From the IMG/VR virus record IMGVR_UViG_3300042997_000753: a DNA stretch of 20,000 nt, one strand, 5' to 3'. Within the stretch, counting starts at the first letter, position 1, and every line of letters begins with the position of its first letter. This DNA is from an uncultured virus (IMG/VR IMGVR_UViG_3300042997_000753) (Duplodnaviria > Heunggongvirae > Uroviricota > Caudoviricetes). Both the position numbers and the translations under genes were made by a program. Of this stretch, positions 8,885 through 17,577 are shown in pieces. The notes below the pieces were generated by a model. That model did no database searches, was not told where the DNA came from, and saw only the letters and a list, made by a program, of their open reading frames with translations.

Positions 8885-11800
8885 TTATTGTGTTGAGTTT
8901 ACTATAGATGCCACATCTGCACGTATTTCAACCGCAGTAATTGCTGTAACAATTACGATATCATCTACTGTTGCGCCGCTGATAAAAATTTCTTCTGGTT
9001 GACTTTGTATTTCAAATAGACTACCGAATGTTTGGTCTGGTTGTCTAGGTACGATCACAAGATTACTAACATCCGGTGCAACTTCGTTGGTAATGTATGT
9101 AATTAATTCTCCTAGGTAAAATCTGTCTCCGAAATCCCAATTGTTAATATCAAAGAAACTGTTGATTGCCGAAACTATTCTTACCTTTAGATCATTATCA
9201 TTGATTGTTTTGTAGGGATTTTTGACCACTTTAAATTGTGCCTGTAGTTTAGGATCGGCTGTACTACCAAATAGAATTTTGTAATTTACAGGATGATAGA
9301 TTAATTCATCACTGATAGATTTAATTAAATTCAACTGCGTTCCGAATGCTATTCTCAATGCGTCACTAGTTGGAACTTCAGGTTGGCTTATGGCTCCTGC
9401 TATATACTTTCTAAATTCAGTATCGTAGGTTCTTGTTAAAAGAAAAATATCCATTATATTACTTACACTAGGATCTATTCTTCGATCAATGTTGGCATTA
9501 TGAATATATTGAAATTTGAGATCGGCTCGACCTATCACTGCTTTGTAATCAGATTCGATTATCAAGGTATTAGTGCCTAGGTCAACACGCTTTATTCTAT
9601 TTTCATTACTGGCATAAAAATAAATTAATTGTCCGTTGACATAATCAGAAATAATAATATTGCTTTCAGTTTGTCTAATTAGAATAGTATCGTTGATGTT
9701 ATCAACATAAGAATACGTTGTGTATCCGGAAGCATCTGTTGTTTTATAAAAAAACAAGTATTTTAGATCTAGATCTTGACCAACTATCTGTTCAAACGAA
9801 TCAGGGTTGTCAATAACACCATCGTCGTCGCTGTCGGCAAATGATAGTTTTATTTCATTGGCACTTTGATAACCATCTTCAAATTTGATTACATCACTGA
9901 CTTCAAATGTTTTGTCATTTTTCAAAGCATTTATCAAGCCGTTATCGGAATTTATTCCAAGAATATTAACTTTGTCTTTGACTGTTTTTCCAGTTGTTCT
10001 ATCAAAAGTTTTTTGATTTACATCAAAATAAAATCTGTTCTGTTCTAGACTTCTAAAAATATAATCTAGTCCTCTGATTCTCACATTATAACTGTCTGGC
10101 TGTCTTACAAACGCTACTATCCAAGACGTGTCTAGATTACTGTTAGTAGTATCTCCGGCACGACCTAGACTAAAATCATTTAATAGATCAATATTTGCAG
10201 AGGTAATAATTTTCCAAGAACTTTCTATAGACTCATATCTTAGACCAAAATTCACATTCAAGCTAATGAGATTGGTCATTTCATTTTCTAGAGCAGTTGG
10301 CAAGTTGTTGACGAATCTAGGAACTATCCGTGTCGCAATTGCTCCTGTAGGTACAACATCATTGAACACAATAGGACCAAGTCCGTTGGCCAATGCTCCG
10401 CGGCCAGCGTTAGTTCCGTCTCCTGTAATTTTAACAACTTTAACCCAAATTCTATCTGTCTGTTCTACATCTGCGGCACTGACGTTGACGATCGCACCCT
10501 TTTTAAAGGCCTTACCGGCAGGAGGTTGAAATTTAATCAGTGCTCCTGCAAACACATATTTCAAAGAGTTAGTGGTATATGTTCCAACTTTGAATAATGA
10601 CTGATCTATGTTGTTGATAAAATAGCCCGTGGATGAATTTACATCGTTGGTAGTTTGCGTCCAAAGTGTGTTTGAATCTGTGAATTGTATTTTTGTAAAA
10701 TTTGTTAGATAAAAATTATACACATCTGTGTTGGTCAACAGGGGTTCTATGTTGTTTCTGATGTAATTTATAATATCAATTCTGTTGGTATACTTGAAAG
10801 ACTCTGTTCTTTCTGTTTGTTCTTTGTATATCACTCCATCGTCTGCAAAAACATTTACACTTGAGTATTTTCCGCTGGCATCAATTACGTCAAAATTTCT
10901 ACTGATGCCGCTGCTGGTTCGATTGATAGCTTTGACTTTTAAAATATCTTGACTGCTGGACAATGGGGCTAGATTATAATCTTCCCCAGTGATCATGCGA
11001 TTTTGTGTGTAATAAATTGCAGGAGCACGGGCTTTGATACTGTCAATGTCTTCAGAGGCTGTTGCAGTGCTAATGGTATATTTCAAACTACAACTGATCA
11101 ATAAGTCGTGTCTTACACCTGCTTTGTTTATATAAGGCACAGAAATATTGATTGCTCGCATTTCAGCAGGACTAACTGTGTAGCTGAGACCGTTACTGAC
11201 TCTATAGTATGCTTTGAAAGCTCCTTGGGGCAAGTTGCCATAAGTGCCGTCTGCAAATACCAAATCAATTTTATCATCTTCTTTGGTAATCACACTATAG
11301 ATATTTCTTATATTTGAATTGATACTGTTGTAGGCAATATTGCTGCCTGTGATACTGCTAACCTTGGTCCACGCAGATCCTTGTGTGCCATCTGAATTTG
11401 TGGCAAACAACCAAACATCTGAATCATTGATTCCGGTAACATCAACAGAAATAACTTCGTTTGTGGTAGGAACATCAACACTAAAATCAGTTAATTCTAG
11501 ACTGCCTTGTTTCAACAGCATAAAGAAACCAGTGTTAGCACTGGCACTGCCTTTGCCGTCTTGTCTATAAATAAATCCTAATTGACTGCCGGGAATAGGC
11601 GGTTCTTCATAGTAATCTTCTGCGCCGATAAAACTGGTACTTACCAATTCAAACGGCATCTTTCTACTGGCCACTATTTTTTCAAAGTTGAAAATTGGTA
11701 CATCTGTAAAATTAGATCTAAATCTATACTGTTGTGAATCAATGCCTTGAATTGTGTCAGTCCCCTGACTGCGGCCAAATTCAGTGTTGTCTGCCATTGC

Positions 11801-12286
11801 AGAATTTATAACTAAAATAAATTGCTCTAACCAATTTGAATTGGTAGGATCATTCCAAATAATTGTTTGGCTGGCAAGATTCTTGTTGTTGCTGTCTAGT
11901 ACCCCTTCTGTGGTAGACACTGTGTCAAATTTAATTAAGCCTTGTGCAGGAATATTTCTTCTGCTGTTGTAGGAAATCAATCGGGCTAATCGAAGTACAG
12001 ACTCTTTGGTTTCTGCTAGTTCTAAAAAATTCTCTCTACTGGCTAGGTCAGTACGGAAAGCTAGACTCTGTCCTAGAAACGCAACTGCATCTATCAGTGC
12101 TAGATATTCTGAACTTTCAATATAATCGTTAAAATCTTCTGGATAATTTTCACGAAGATAGGTGATAATAACCCTACGCAGATTTTCAAAATCATAGCTT
12201 TTAAAGTCAGCATTTTTAAAGGTCTGATAAATTCTTTTCCAGTCCTGGTTTAAAATTAAATTGTTCTGTCTAGACGTAGTTGTCAT
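8885..12286 (-). CDS. gp6: Baseplate wedge protein, T4 gp6-like (enlarged, 1133 aa)
   Basis: N-terminus DFKSYDFENLRRVIITYL..DFNDYIESS..LIDAVAF..ENFLELAETKESVLRLARLISY, central FADGTYGNLP and EDIDSIKARAPAIYYTQNRMITGEDY motifs typical of gp6/baseplate J; follows gp25. Confidence 0.88.
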   Translation of the reverse strand: MTTTSRQNNLILNQDWKRIYQTFKNADFKSYDFENLRRVIITYLRENYPEDFNDYIESSEYLALIDAVAFLGQSLAFRTDLASRENFLELAETKESVLRLARLISYNSRRNIPAQGLIKFDTVSTTEGVLDSNNKNLASQTIIWNDPTNSNWLEQFILVINSAMADNTEFGRSQGTDTIQGIDSQQYRFRSNFTDVPIFNFEKIVASRKMPFELVSTSFIGAEDYYEEPPIPGSQLGFIYRQDGKGSASANTGFFMLLKQGSLELTDFSVDVPTTNEVISVDVTGINDSDVWLFATNSDGTQGSAWTKVSSITGSNIAYNSINSNIRNIYSVITKEDDKIDLVFADGTYGNLPQGAFKAYYRVSNGLSYTVSPAEMRAINISVPYINKAGVRHDLLISCSLKYTISTATASEDIDSIKARAPAIYYTQNRMITGEDYNLAPLSSSQDILKVKAINRTSSGISRNFDVIDASGKYSSVNVFADDGVIYKEQTERTESFKYTNRIDIINYIRNNIEPLLTNTDVYNFYLTNFTKIQFTDSNTLWTQTTNDVNSSTGYFINNIDQSLFKVGTYTTNSLKYVFAGALIKFQPPAGKAFKKGAIVNVSAADVEQTDRIWVKVVKITGDGTNAGRGALANGLGPIVFNDVVPTGAIATRIVPRFVNNLPTALENEMTNLISLNVNFGLRYESIESSWKIITSANIDLLNDFSLGRAGDTTNSNLDTSWIVAFVRQPDSYNVRIRGLDYIFRSLEQNRFYFDVNQKTFDRTTGKTVKDKVNILGINSDNGLINALKNDKTFEVSDVIKFEDGYQSANEIKLSFADSDDDGVIDNPDSFEQIVGQDLDLKYLFFYKTTDASGYTTYSYVDNINDTILIRQTESNIIISDYVNGQLIYFYASNENRIKRVDLGTNTLIIESDYKAVIGRADLKFQYIHNANIDRRIDPSVSNIMDIFLLTRTYDTEFRKYIAGAISQPEVPTSDALRIAFGTQLNLIKSISDELIYHPVNYKILFGSTADPKLQAQFKVVKNPYKTINDNDLKVRIVSAINSFFDINNWDFGDRFYLGELITYITNEVAPDVSNLVIVPRQPDQTFGSLFEIQSQPEEIFISGATVDDIVIVTAITAVEIRADVASIVNSTQ

Positions 12287-12304
12287 TTTCGTTCCCTATA
12301 CTGA

Positions 12305-12332
12305 TATTTATTGTAAAAATAAAATGCGTATT
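12305..12332 (-). promoter_or_regulatory. Putative phage late promoter (AATAAATA, variant of T4 TATAAATA) with upstream CATTTTAT element, upstream of gp6
   Basis: Minus strand reads AATACGCATTTTAT-TTTTAC-AATAAATA-TCAGTATAGGGAACGAAA-ATG in the only sizeable gap (46 nt) of the structural operon; the core is 18 nt from the ATG. Confidence 0.65.
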
Positions 12333-12767
12333 TTATGTTATTGTGTTATCTCTATCAAAGTCTAAACGCAGTGTATCGGTGATATCAAATGGTAGTATCA
12401 CTATTTCTGCTTCTATGCGTATGCCTTGTTGTGTGCTATCTATAGACACTGAGTTTACTTTTACACGTTTATCAAAATTAATAATTTCTTCAACATCTTT
12501 AGCAATTGCTGCTTTTATTTCTGGGGTAAAATTCTCAAATAGCGTATCCCAGATAATAGTTCCAAATTTAGGATTTTCTAATTTTTCACCCTTTCTAATA
12601 TAGAAATGGTTGATGAGATCTTGTTTGATCAATTCTGCATCGTACAACTTGTAGTTTCTTTTAAATTCCTTAGAACTAAATCCCCTGTATCGAAAATTGC
12701 CTGAATTTGCATTTCCTAGACTGGCTTTGTTTTTTGCAATAACTGTGTTGGTATATATTTTTGCCAT
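12333..12767 (-). CDS. gp25: Baseplate wedge subunit / sheath initiator, gp25 (GPW/gp25 family)
   Basis: 144 aa; YDAELIKQDLINHFYIRKGEKLENPKFGTIIWDTLFE and EEIINFDKRVKV motifs; AAGGA RBS overlapping the upstream stop. Confidence 0.9.
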   Translation of the reverse strand: MAKIYTNTVIAKNKASLGNANSGNFRYRGFSSKEFKRNYKLYDAELIKQDLINHFYIRKGEKLENPKFGTIIWDTLFENFTPEIKAAIAKDVEEIINFDKRVKVNSVSIDSTQQGIRIEAEIVILPFDITDTLRLDFDRDNTIT

Positions 12768-12778
12768 AATTTATTTCC

Positions 12779-14260
12779 TTAGAACGGAGTATCACTGGGT
12801 TTTTTGTATTTGCGCCAATCACTAGGTGGTGTTCGCATACTAGCACTTTCGCCTTCATATCGACCGTCAACGTCTCGATCTGTTAGATCTGGTTTGACTT
12901 TTGTAGCATCTAGATTTTCGTGGAAAGGATACGGTTCAGCTGTGGGCATCCTTCTTACTATAACTGTTCTGTCTACATCATCTTCGTTGGGTGCTGGAAG
13001 GTCTGGTAGACTGTGTGTCTTTAATCTTAACGCTTTTGTTGCTACTGGGCCGTTCATATGAATTTCTGCGGCAGTTTCTTTATAACTACCTGTTACATTT
13101 AAATCCATGGTTCCGCCAACGGTAATTTTACCGTTAGTACCTACAATCACATTGTAGTTTGCACCAGTTTCAACTTGCATTTCTCCGTTTACTTTAAGGT
13201 TAAAATTACGGCCAACTTCTAGATTAAAATCTCTATCAGCAACAAAATTAAAATCTTGTTTAGTTCTAATATTAATACTGTCCTCGGCATAGATGTCAAT
13301 TTTACCGTCGCTGGTAAATTCAATCCAGGCTGTGCCCCTGCTGTTTCCGATATAAATCAAATCTTCAGAATTATGAAATAACAATTGATGTCCTGTTCTA
13401 GTCCTAATTCTAAAATGTTCGTTGTAGGGAATATCTTTTAGTCCTTCGGGATTTTTTACATAGGTAGGAGCTCCGTCAGTGGGCTTTGTTTCTCTATAGT
13501 ATCTGTCATCACCGTCATCCATAACAAAATGTGTTCCTCCGAGTCTTTGAACCGGAACTGGTGTTGGTGTTGGACTTTCTCTATTTCCCAAAAACTTTTT
13601 CTTGCCATTTCTATCTACAGGACCAGGACTGCTCATTCCAAACACCATGTTTGGCACATCTCGTCTTGACGTAGAAGTACTGGTTCCCCTTACTTCATCT
13701 CTAGTTAGTCCCTGAATTTTAAATCGTCTAGCAATAGGATGCACAGCTCTAGGTATTTTATCAATTTCTAAATTTTTGTCGCCTTCGTTGGCTTTTCTAT
13801 TATGTTCAACCACAGGTAGCGGATGTTCCTCCTGCTGATAGTCTTCGTCTGTTTTATACGCAGTGGTTCCGCCAATAGCAGGGACCATGTGATTTTGAAA
13901 TTTATCTTGAACATTTGCCACCCAATAGCCCTGATCTGGTTTTCCGTCTATGAAAAGCACAATGCCGGTTACGCCGGTGTCTGGAGGAACACCCCAGAAT
14001 CCATAGCTCATCTGAGAATCATCTGCTGTGACATTTTGTCCAGTGAACTCAAAAGGTGTACATCCATAAAACGGGCTGGCATATTTTACAAAATAGGTTT
14101 GACTTTCATTACCTATTTGATTTCCAGAGTCTCGAATAAGCACAACTTCAAGGCCGCCTTGAAACAACAGATCTGCATGCCCTATAATTTTAGCCAAATA
14201 AGGAGCACCGGTAAGACTACCTTGTGAATTTTCTCGTTGGTCTTCTCTTTTTTCAATCAT
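12779..14260 (-). CDS. gp5: Baseplate central spike, gp5/VgrG-C-like (OB-fold plus beta-helix, no lysozyme domain)
   Basis: OB-fold-type N-terminus (PYLAKII..YASPFYG..SYGFWGVPPDTGVTGIVLFIDGKPDQGYW), RIRTRTGHQLLF motif, then 8-residue-periodic beta-helix repeats (DRDFNLEV GRNFNLKV NGEMQVET GANYNVIV GTNGKITV GGTMDLNV) ending IHMNG. Confidence 0.82.
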   Translation of the reverse strand: MIEKREDQRENSQGSLTGAPYLAKIIGHADLLFQGGLEVVLIRDSGNQIGNESQTYFVKYASPFYGCTPFEFTGQNVTADDSQMSYGFWGVPPDTGVTGIVLFIDGKPDQGYWVANVQDKFQNHMVPAIGGTTAYKTDEDYQQEEHPLPVVEHNRKANEGDKNLEIDKIPRAVHPIARRFKIQGLTRDEVRGTSTSTSRRDVPNMVFGMSSPGPVDRNGKKKFLGNRESPTPTPVPVQRLGGTHFVMDDGDDRYYRETKPTDGAPTYVKNPEGLKDIPYNEHFRIRTRTGHQLLFHNSEDLIYIGNSRGTAWIEFTSDGKIDIYAEDSINIRTKQDFNFVADRDFNLEVGRNFNLKVNGEMQVETGANYNVIVGTNGKITVGGTMDLNVTGSYKETAAEIHMNGPVATKALRLKTHSLPDLPAPNEDDVDRTVIVRRMPTAEPYPFHENLDATKVKPDLTDRDVDGRYEGESASMRTPPSDWRKYKKPSDTPF

Positions 14261-14261
14261 A

Positions 14262-16163
14262 TTATGCTCCCGGAGCGTTTATATATGTTCCGGTATCTCG
14301 TTCTGGTTTATCTGTTTTTGTTGGGAATACATCTCCACTGCCGCTTTGATCTTGAGCAGGTATCCTAAAACCTGCTATTACCTGTGTGAATAAATTGCCT
14401 TTAAATCTAGCTTCTGCTTTTGTAACCTTAAACAATCCACTAAACGGACTGGGACTTTGTCCTTCAGGAAAATAATAACCGCCGGGATCAGCAGCGGCCG
14501 CGCCTCCAGCATCTGGATCTGCAGGAGTTCTAAAATTTACCACCACCCAAATATCTGTGGCTTCGTGATTCATGGTTCCATTTTCAGTTACTTGATCGTC
14601 ACTGTCACTATGAAAATTACTGTATCCAACTTCAGGAAGGAAATAGGGATCGCCTAAAATTTCTAAATCTAGATTTATTTGATTTCCTACACTGTTAAGA
14701 TAAGCCATATAAAATTCATTGGCGATTTTTTGTTCGGTACTGGTTTGACCTGACCCGCCTTTGAACGGAATATTTCCCGTGGCCATATCAAATTTTGCAG
14801 AAGCAGCACCTCCTCCTACCGATGGAGCTGAGGCTCCTTGTGCCTGTTTACTAGTCATTGTGGGGCTAGGTCTAGATGTGTTTGTAGAATTATTAGCAAC
14901 ACCCCCCGAGTCTTCAACCTTGTTAGGATCAATAGCTGTAAACAGCATATTTTTTATTTCAATGTTGAATTTAATGATATCTGTGTTTAGACCTGTGTAT
15001 ATATAGTTGTATTCTTTTTGTGCGGCACTTTTGCAGGCTGCTATTCCTTTACTTGTGGCTTCTGGCGATAGATAAGCACTGTGATGTATTTTATAAGGCT
15101 GCACTCTAAAAGTAATTTCTTTAGAAAAATCCTTAAGTTTGGGATCAAGATCTAATAGTTTTACATCAACGTTGGTTTTCCACCAAGTTACTCTACCTTG
15201 ATCGTCAATTAATGCTTCGTTGGTTGCTCGATCTCTAGCTTCTCTAGTGCTGAGAATCACCTGATCAATGATGTTTGTGATGCTGGTATCTTGACTAAAT
15301 TGCAGAGACTTTTCTTTAGGATTGATAGACATTTTTCCCCTAATAATTTTTCCGCTGGCTTCGTCGTAGATGTCTCCTGCACGTTTGGGTTTTTCAGTTC
15401 CGCCTTGGCTTTCTGGTGTAAATTCTAGATCATTACCGGGACTGCGGCCATAGGGATTATCTCCTACAAATTCTATATTGTACTTGTCCGGATAGGTTTT
15501 TTTCTGATCTTTTACAAGTTGATCTTCTCTCTTGTTTAAAAAAGATACTAAACTAAACTCAGGATGATCTACTAGCACTTCGTTGCTGTTTTTGCCCACA
15601 AGTTTTACGTCGTTAAAAACTTTGTTCATCTGCTGAGATAATGCCACATGATTGTAGGGGAAACATTCTACCTTGTAGGTGCTGCCTGCTTCATTGACTG
15701 TAAAATTTGCATTCATTAGTTTTACTAACCAATTAAATGGTCCTACAGTCATACTCTCTCCTGGTCCGGTCCATCCTACAAATTCCAATCTCAACACATA
15801 GGCAGCATTATCAAGATAACTCTTGTATCCGGAATTCACCGCTGCTGCCTGACAGCTCTGAAGAAATAGTCCCATACTGTAAGGTTCAAATACTTCAAAT
15901 TCAAGTTTTGACCAAGGTCCCGACCCTGTGCCATTGGTAGGAACTACAAAATTTGTTATCGAAAGATTGTCAATAAAATATTCAGGGGCACCGTAGGCTG
16001 TTTGTACTCTTGCAGCACCATCTCGACCTGCACTTGATACAATGACATTTGGCAACTGACCGCTGCGATAAGATTGAGAATTTAGCTGAGCTGGACTAGC
16101 ACAAGAAAACGTAAACAAACAATTGTATGAAACAAATTGTTCTAAGATATTAGGTAGTGCCAT
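14262..16163 (-). CDS. Probable baseplate hub protein (T4 gp27 / P2 gpD / VgrG-N-like), 633 aa
   Basis: C-terminal LDLEILGDPYFL...VNFRTP...FSGLFKVTKAEARFKGNLFTQ pattern resembles gpD/gp27 hubs; lies directly upstream of the gp5-like gene (TAA-T-ATG). Confidence 0.65.
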   Translation of the reverse strand: MALPNILEQFVSYNCLFTFSCASPAQLNSQSYRSGQLPNVIVSSAGRDGAARVQTAYGAPEYFIDNLSITNFVVPTNGTGSGPWSKLEFEVFEPYSMGLFLQSCQAAAVNSGYKSYLDNAAYVLRLEFVGWTGPGESMTVGPFNWLVKLMNANFTVNEAGSTYKVECFPYNHVALSQQMNKVFNDVKLVGKNSNEVLVDHPEFSLVSFLNKREDQLVKDQKKTYPDKYNIEFVGDNPYGRSPGNDLEFTPESQGGTEKPKRAGDIYDEASGKIIRGKMSINPKEKSLQFSQDTSITNIIDQVILSTREARDRATNEALIDDQGRVTWWKTNVDVKLLDLDPKLKDFSKEITFRVQPYKIHHSAYLSPEATSKGIAACKSAAQKEYNYIYTGLNTDIIKFNIEIKNMLFTAIDPNKVEDSGGVANNSTNTSRPSPTMTSKQAQGASAPSVGGGAASAKFDMATGNIPFKGGSGQTSTEQKIANEFYMAYLNSVGNQINLDLEILGDPYFLPEVGYSNFHSDSDDQVTENGTMNHEATDIWVVVNFRTPADPDAGGAAAADPGGYYFPEGQSPSPFSGLFKVTKAEARFKGNLFTQVIAGFRIPAQDQSGSGDVFPTKTDKPERDTGTYINAPGA

Positions 16164-16165
16164 GA

Positions 16166-16477
16166 TTAACTTCCAGCAGTGGTTGATAACGCAGCATTAA
16201 TATTGGCCTTAGCTGGACAGAAAATTGTAGTTCCGGGCGAAAAATCGTAGATAGGATCTTTTAGTATTGATCTGTTTCTTTGTGCAAATACCCACCACAA
16301 TTTTGCATCTTGATAAAGATCAAATGCCAATAGATCCGGACGATGCTTGTATTGATTTTCAATAACATATTTAAAATCATCATCAGAGATTGGAATCGTC
16401 CGTAGAGTCAGTAATTCCAAATACAGTGTATTTTGTTTGGTTATGTACCAAGGACTAGTTTTTTTATAAATTTCCAT
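16166..16477 (-). CDS. Baseplate wedge protein, gp53/LysM (P2 gpX)-like
   Basis: 103 aa; YVIENQYKHRPDLLAFDLYQDAKLWWVFAQRN..DPIYDFSPGTTIFCP matches the gp53-type RPD-x-LA-xx-LY-xxxx-LWW LysM-like motif. Confidence 0.82.
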   Translation of the reverse strand: MEIYKKTSPWYITKQNTLYLELLTLRTIPISDDDFKYVIENQYKHRPDLLAFDLYQDAKLWWVFAQRNRSILKDPIYDFSPGTTIFCPAKANINAALSTTAGS

Positions 16478-16480
16478 ATA

Positions 16481-17506
16481 TTAGAAAGAAATGCTGCCGC
16501 CGTTATTAACATATGCGCTAAGATTAAATCCTCTTTGAGAACTTTTACTGTACACAGGCTGGCAAGTGATTTGTATAGTACTGAGTCTAGGCACGGATGC
16601 GCCTGCTGCAAGTATGTAGTGAACATCATCTTTAAAATCAACCTGAAAAGATTTTATCACCACAGGAATAAATCCTAATACTTCACCATATCCAGACAAG
16701 GTACAAATTGGAGGAGGATTTCCTTGCGGAGAACTATTCCCAAAAAACATCTTAGTCAACCCACGACCTAGAGCAATTGTGCGCAGCCAATTAGCAGCAT
16801 CTTCTTCAGTTTCAACTGGAAATTCTCCACTAATACTAATATCATCTGAAGTACTATTTTTATACACAGGATGAGGGAAATTTGCGTGGACTAGTTCTTG
16901 ATTGTTGTAGTTTGCTTTATTTGATAGACTGAAAGAGGGTGTTGTTGGAAAAATAATTTGTCCGAACATTGAATCAATTTTTATACGCCAATCACCTTCG
17001 TTACTGGGATATACCTGCACTATCGAAGCTTCTTCGCCTAGTGCTAACGTGGCGGTGCTGGGAATATTTTTTGCTCTGGCAGCACTAATTAAATCAAGTC
17101 CTATATTTGCTAATGCAGCCGCTTGTTGTGCTGGTCCGCTTAACAATCCTGTGGCCAGTCCAGCAATACTGCCTCCTGATGCAATATTGTCAATGACGCT
17201 CTTTCCGGCTGTGGCAAAACTGCTGGCAGCATCTGACAGAGATGATAAACCGTTTTGTGCAAAATTTTGCACAGTTCCGGATAAATTACTAACACCAGAT
17301 GAATTTAATTTTCCAGTAATGCCATTTAAGTTGCTGCCAAATCCGCCACTAAGTCTATTTACAGTGGCATCTAAACTTTGTTTGGCAAGACTTGAATTAG
17401 GCATACTGAAATTGCCAGCAGACTGATTTGCAGCATTGGCCAGATTGCCTAGCTCACTGCCGATCTTTGAAGCAAGATTTTGTATTGGGTTTATAGATAA
17501 TGACAT
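16481..17506 (-). CDS. Probable tail-tube initiator / baseplate cap (gp48/gp54-like tube fold) with low-complexity N-terminus
   Basis: C-terminal half IIFPTTPSFS..ANY..DISISGEF..GNPPPICTLSGYG..IPVVIKSFQVDF resembles contractile-system tube-initiator proteins; the N-terminal ~160 aa are Ser/Gly/Ala/Asn-rich; first gene of the operon, ahead of the LysM gene. Confidence 0.62.
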   Translation of the reverse strand: MSLSINPIQNLASKIGSELGNLANAANQSAGNFSMPNSSLAKQSLDATVNRLSGGFGSNLNGITGKLNSSGVSNLSGTVQNFAQNGLSSLSDAASSFATAGKSVIDNIASGGSIAGLATGLLSGPAQQAAALANIGLDLISAARAKNIPSTATLALGEEASIVQVYPSNEGDWRIKIDSMFGQIIFPTTPSFSLSNKANYNNQELVHANFPHPVYKNSTSDDISISGEFPVETEEDAANWLRTIALGRGLTKMFFGNSSPQGNPPPICTLSGYGEVLGFIPVVIKSFQVDFKDDVHYILAAGASVPRLSTIQITCQPVYSKSSQRGFNLSAYVNNGGSISF

Positions 17507-17525
17507 AATTAATATCCGTTTTGTC

Positions 17526-17552
17526 TATTTATTCTTTATAAAATGTGCTATT
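17526..17552 (-). promoter_or_regulatory. Putative phage late promoter (AATAAATA) with upstream CATTTTAT element, heading the baseplate operon
   Basis: Minus strand reads AATAGCACATTTTAT-AAAG-AATAAATA-GACAAAACGGATATTAATT-ATG; the core (17526-17533) is 19 nt from the ATG, nearly the same geometry as the site at 12305. Confidence 0.65.
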
Positions 17553-17567
17553 ATATTACTAAAAGGA
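17546..17567 (+). promoter_or_regulatory. Putative sigma70 extended -10 promoter and RBS for the gp55-like gene
   Basis: TG-C-TATTAT at 17546-17554; AAGGA at 17563-17567, 10 nt before ATG 17578; no well-spaced -35 found. Confidence 0.45.
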
Positions 17568-17577
17568 ATAACATTTA

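Noticed and set aside
12768..12778. AAATAAATT before gp25 as a third late promoter
   Set aside because: It lacks the final A of ATAAATA and lies between the RBS and ATG, too close to start a transcript containing the RBS.
14478..14530. Locally GC-rich patch in the hub gene as a hairpin or foreign insert
   Set aside because: It is explained by the Ala/Gly/Pro-rich peptide PADPDAGGAAAADPGG; no convincing stem-loop or flanking repeats.
1..17506. Bacterial eCIS/T6SS/tailocin locus
   Set aside because: The adjacent gp55-gp47-gp46 block and T4-like late promoter boxes indicate a phage genome.
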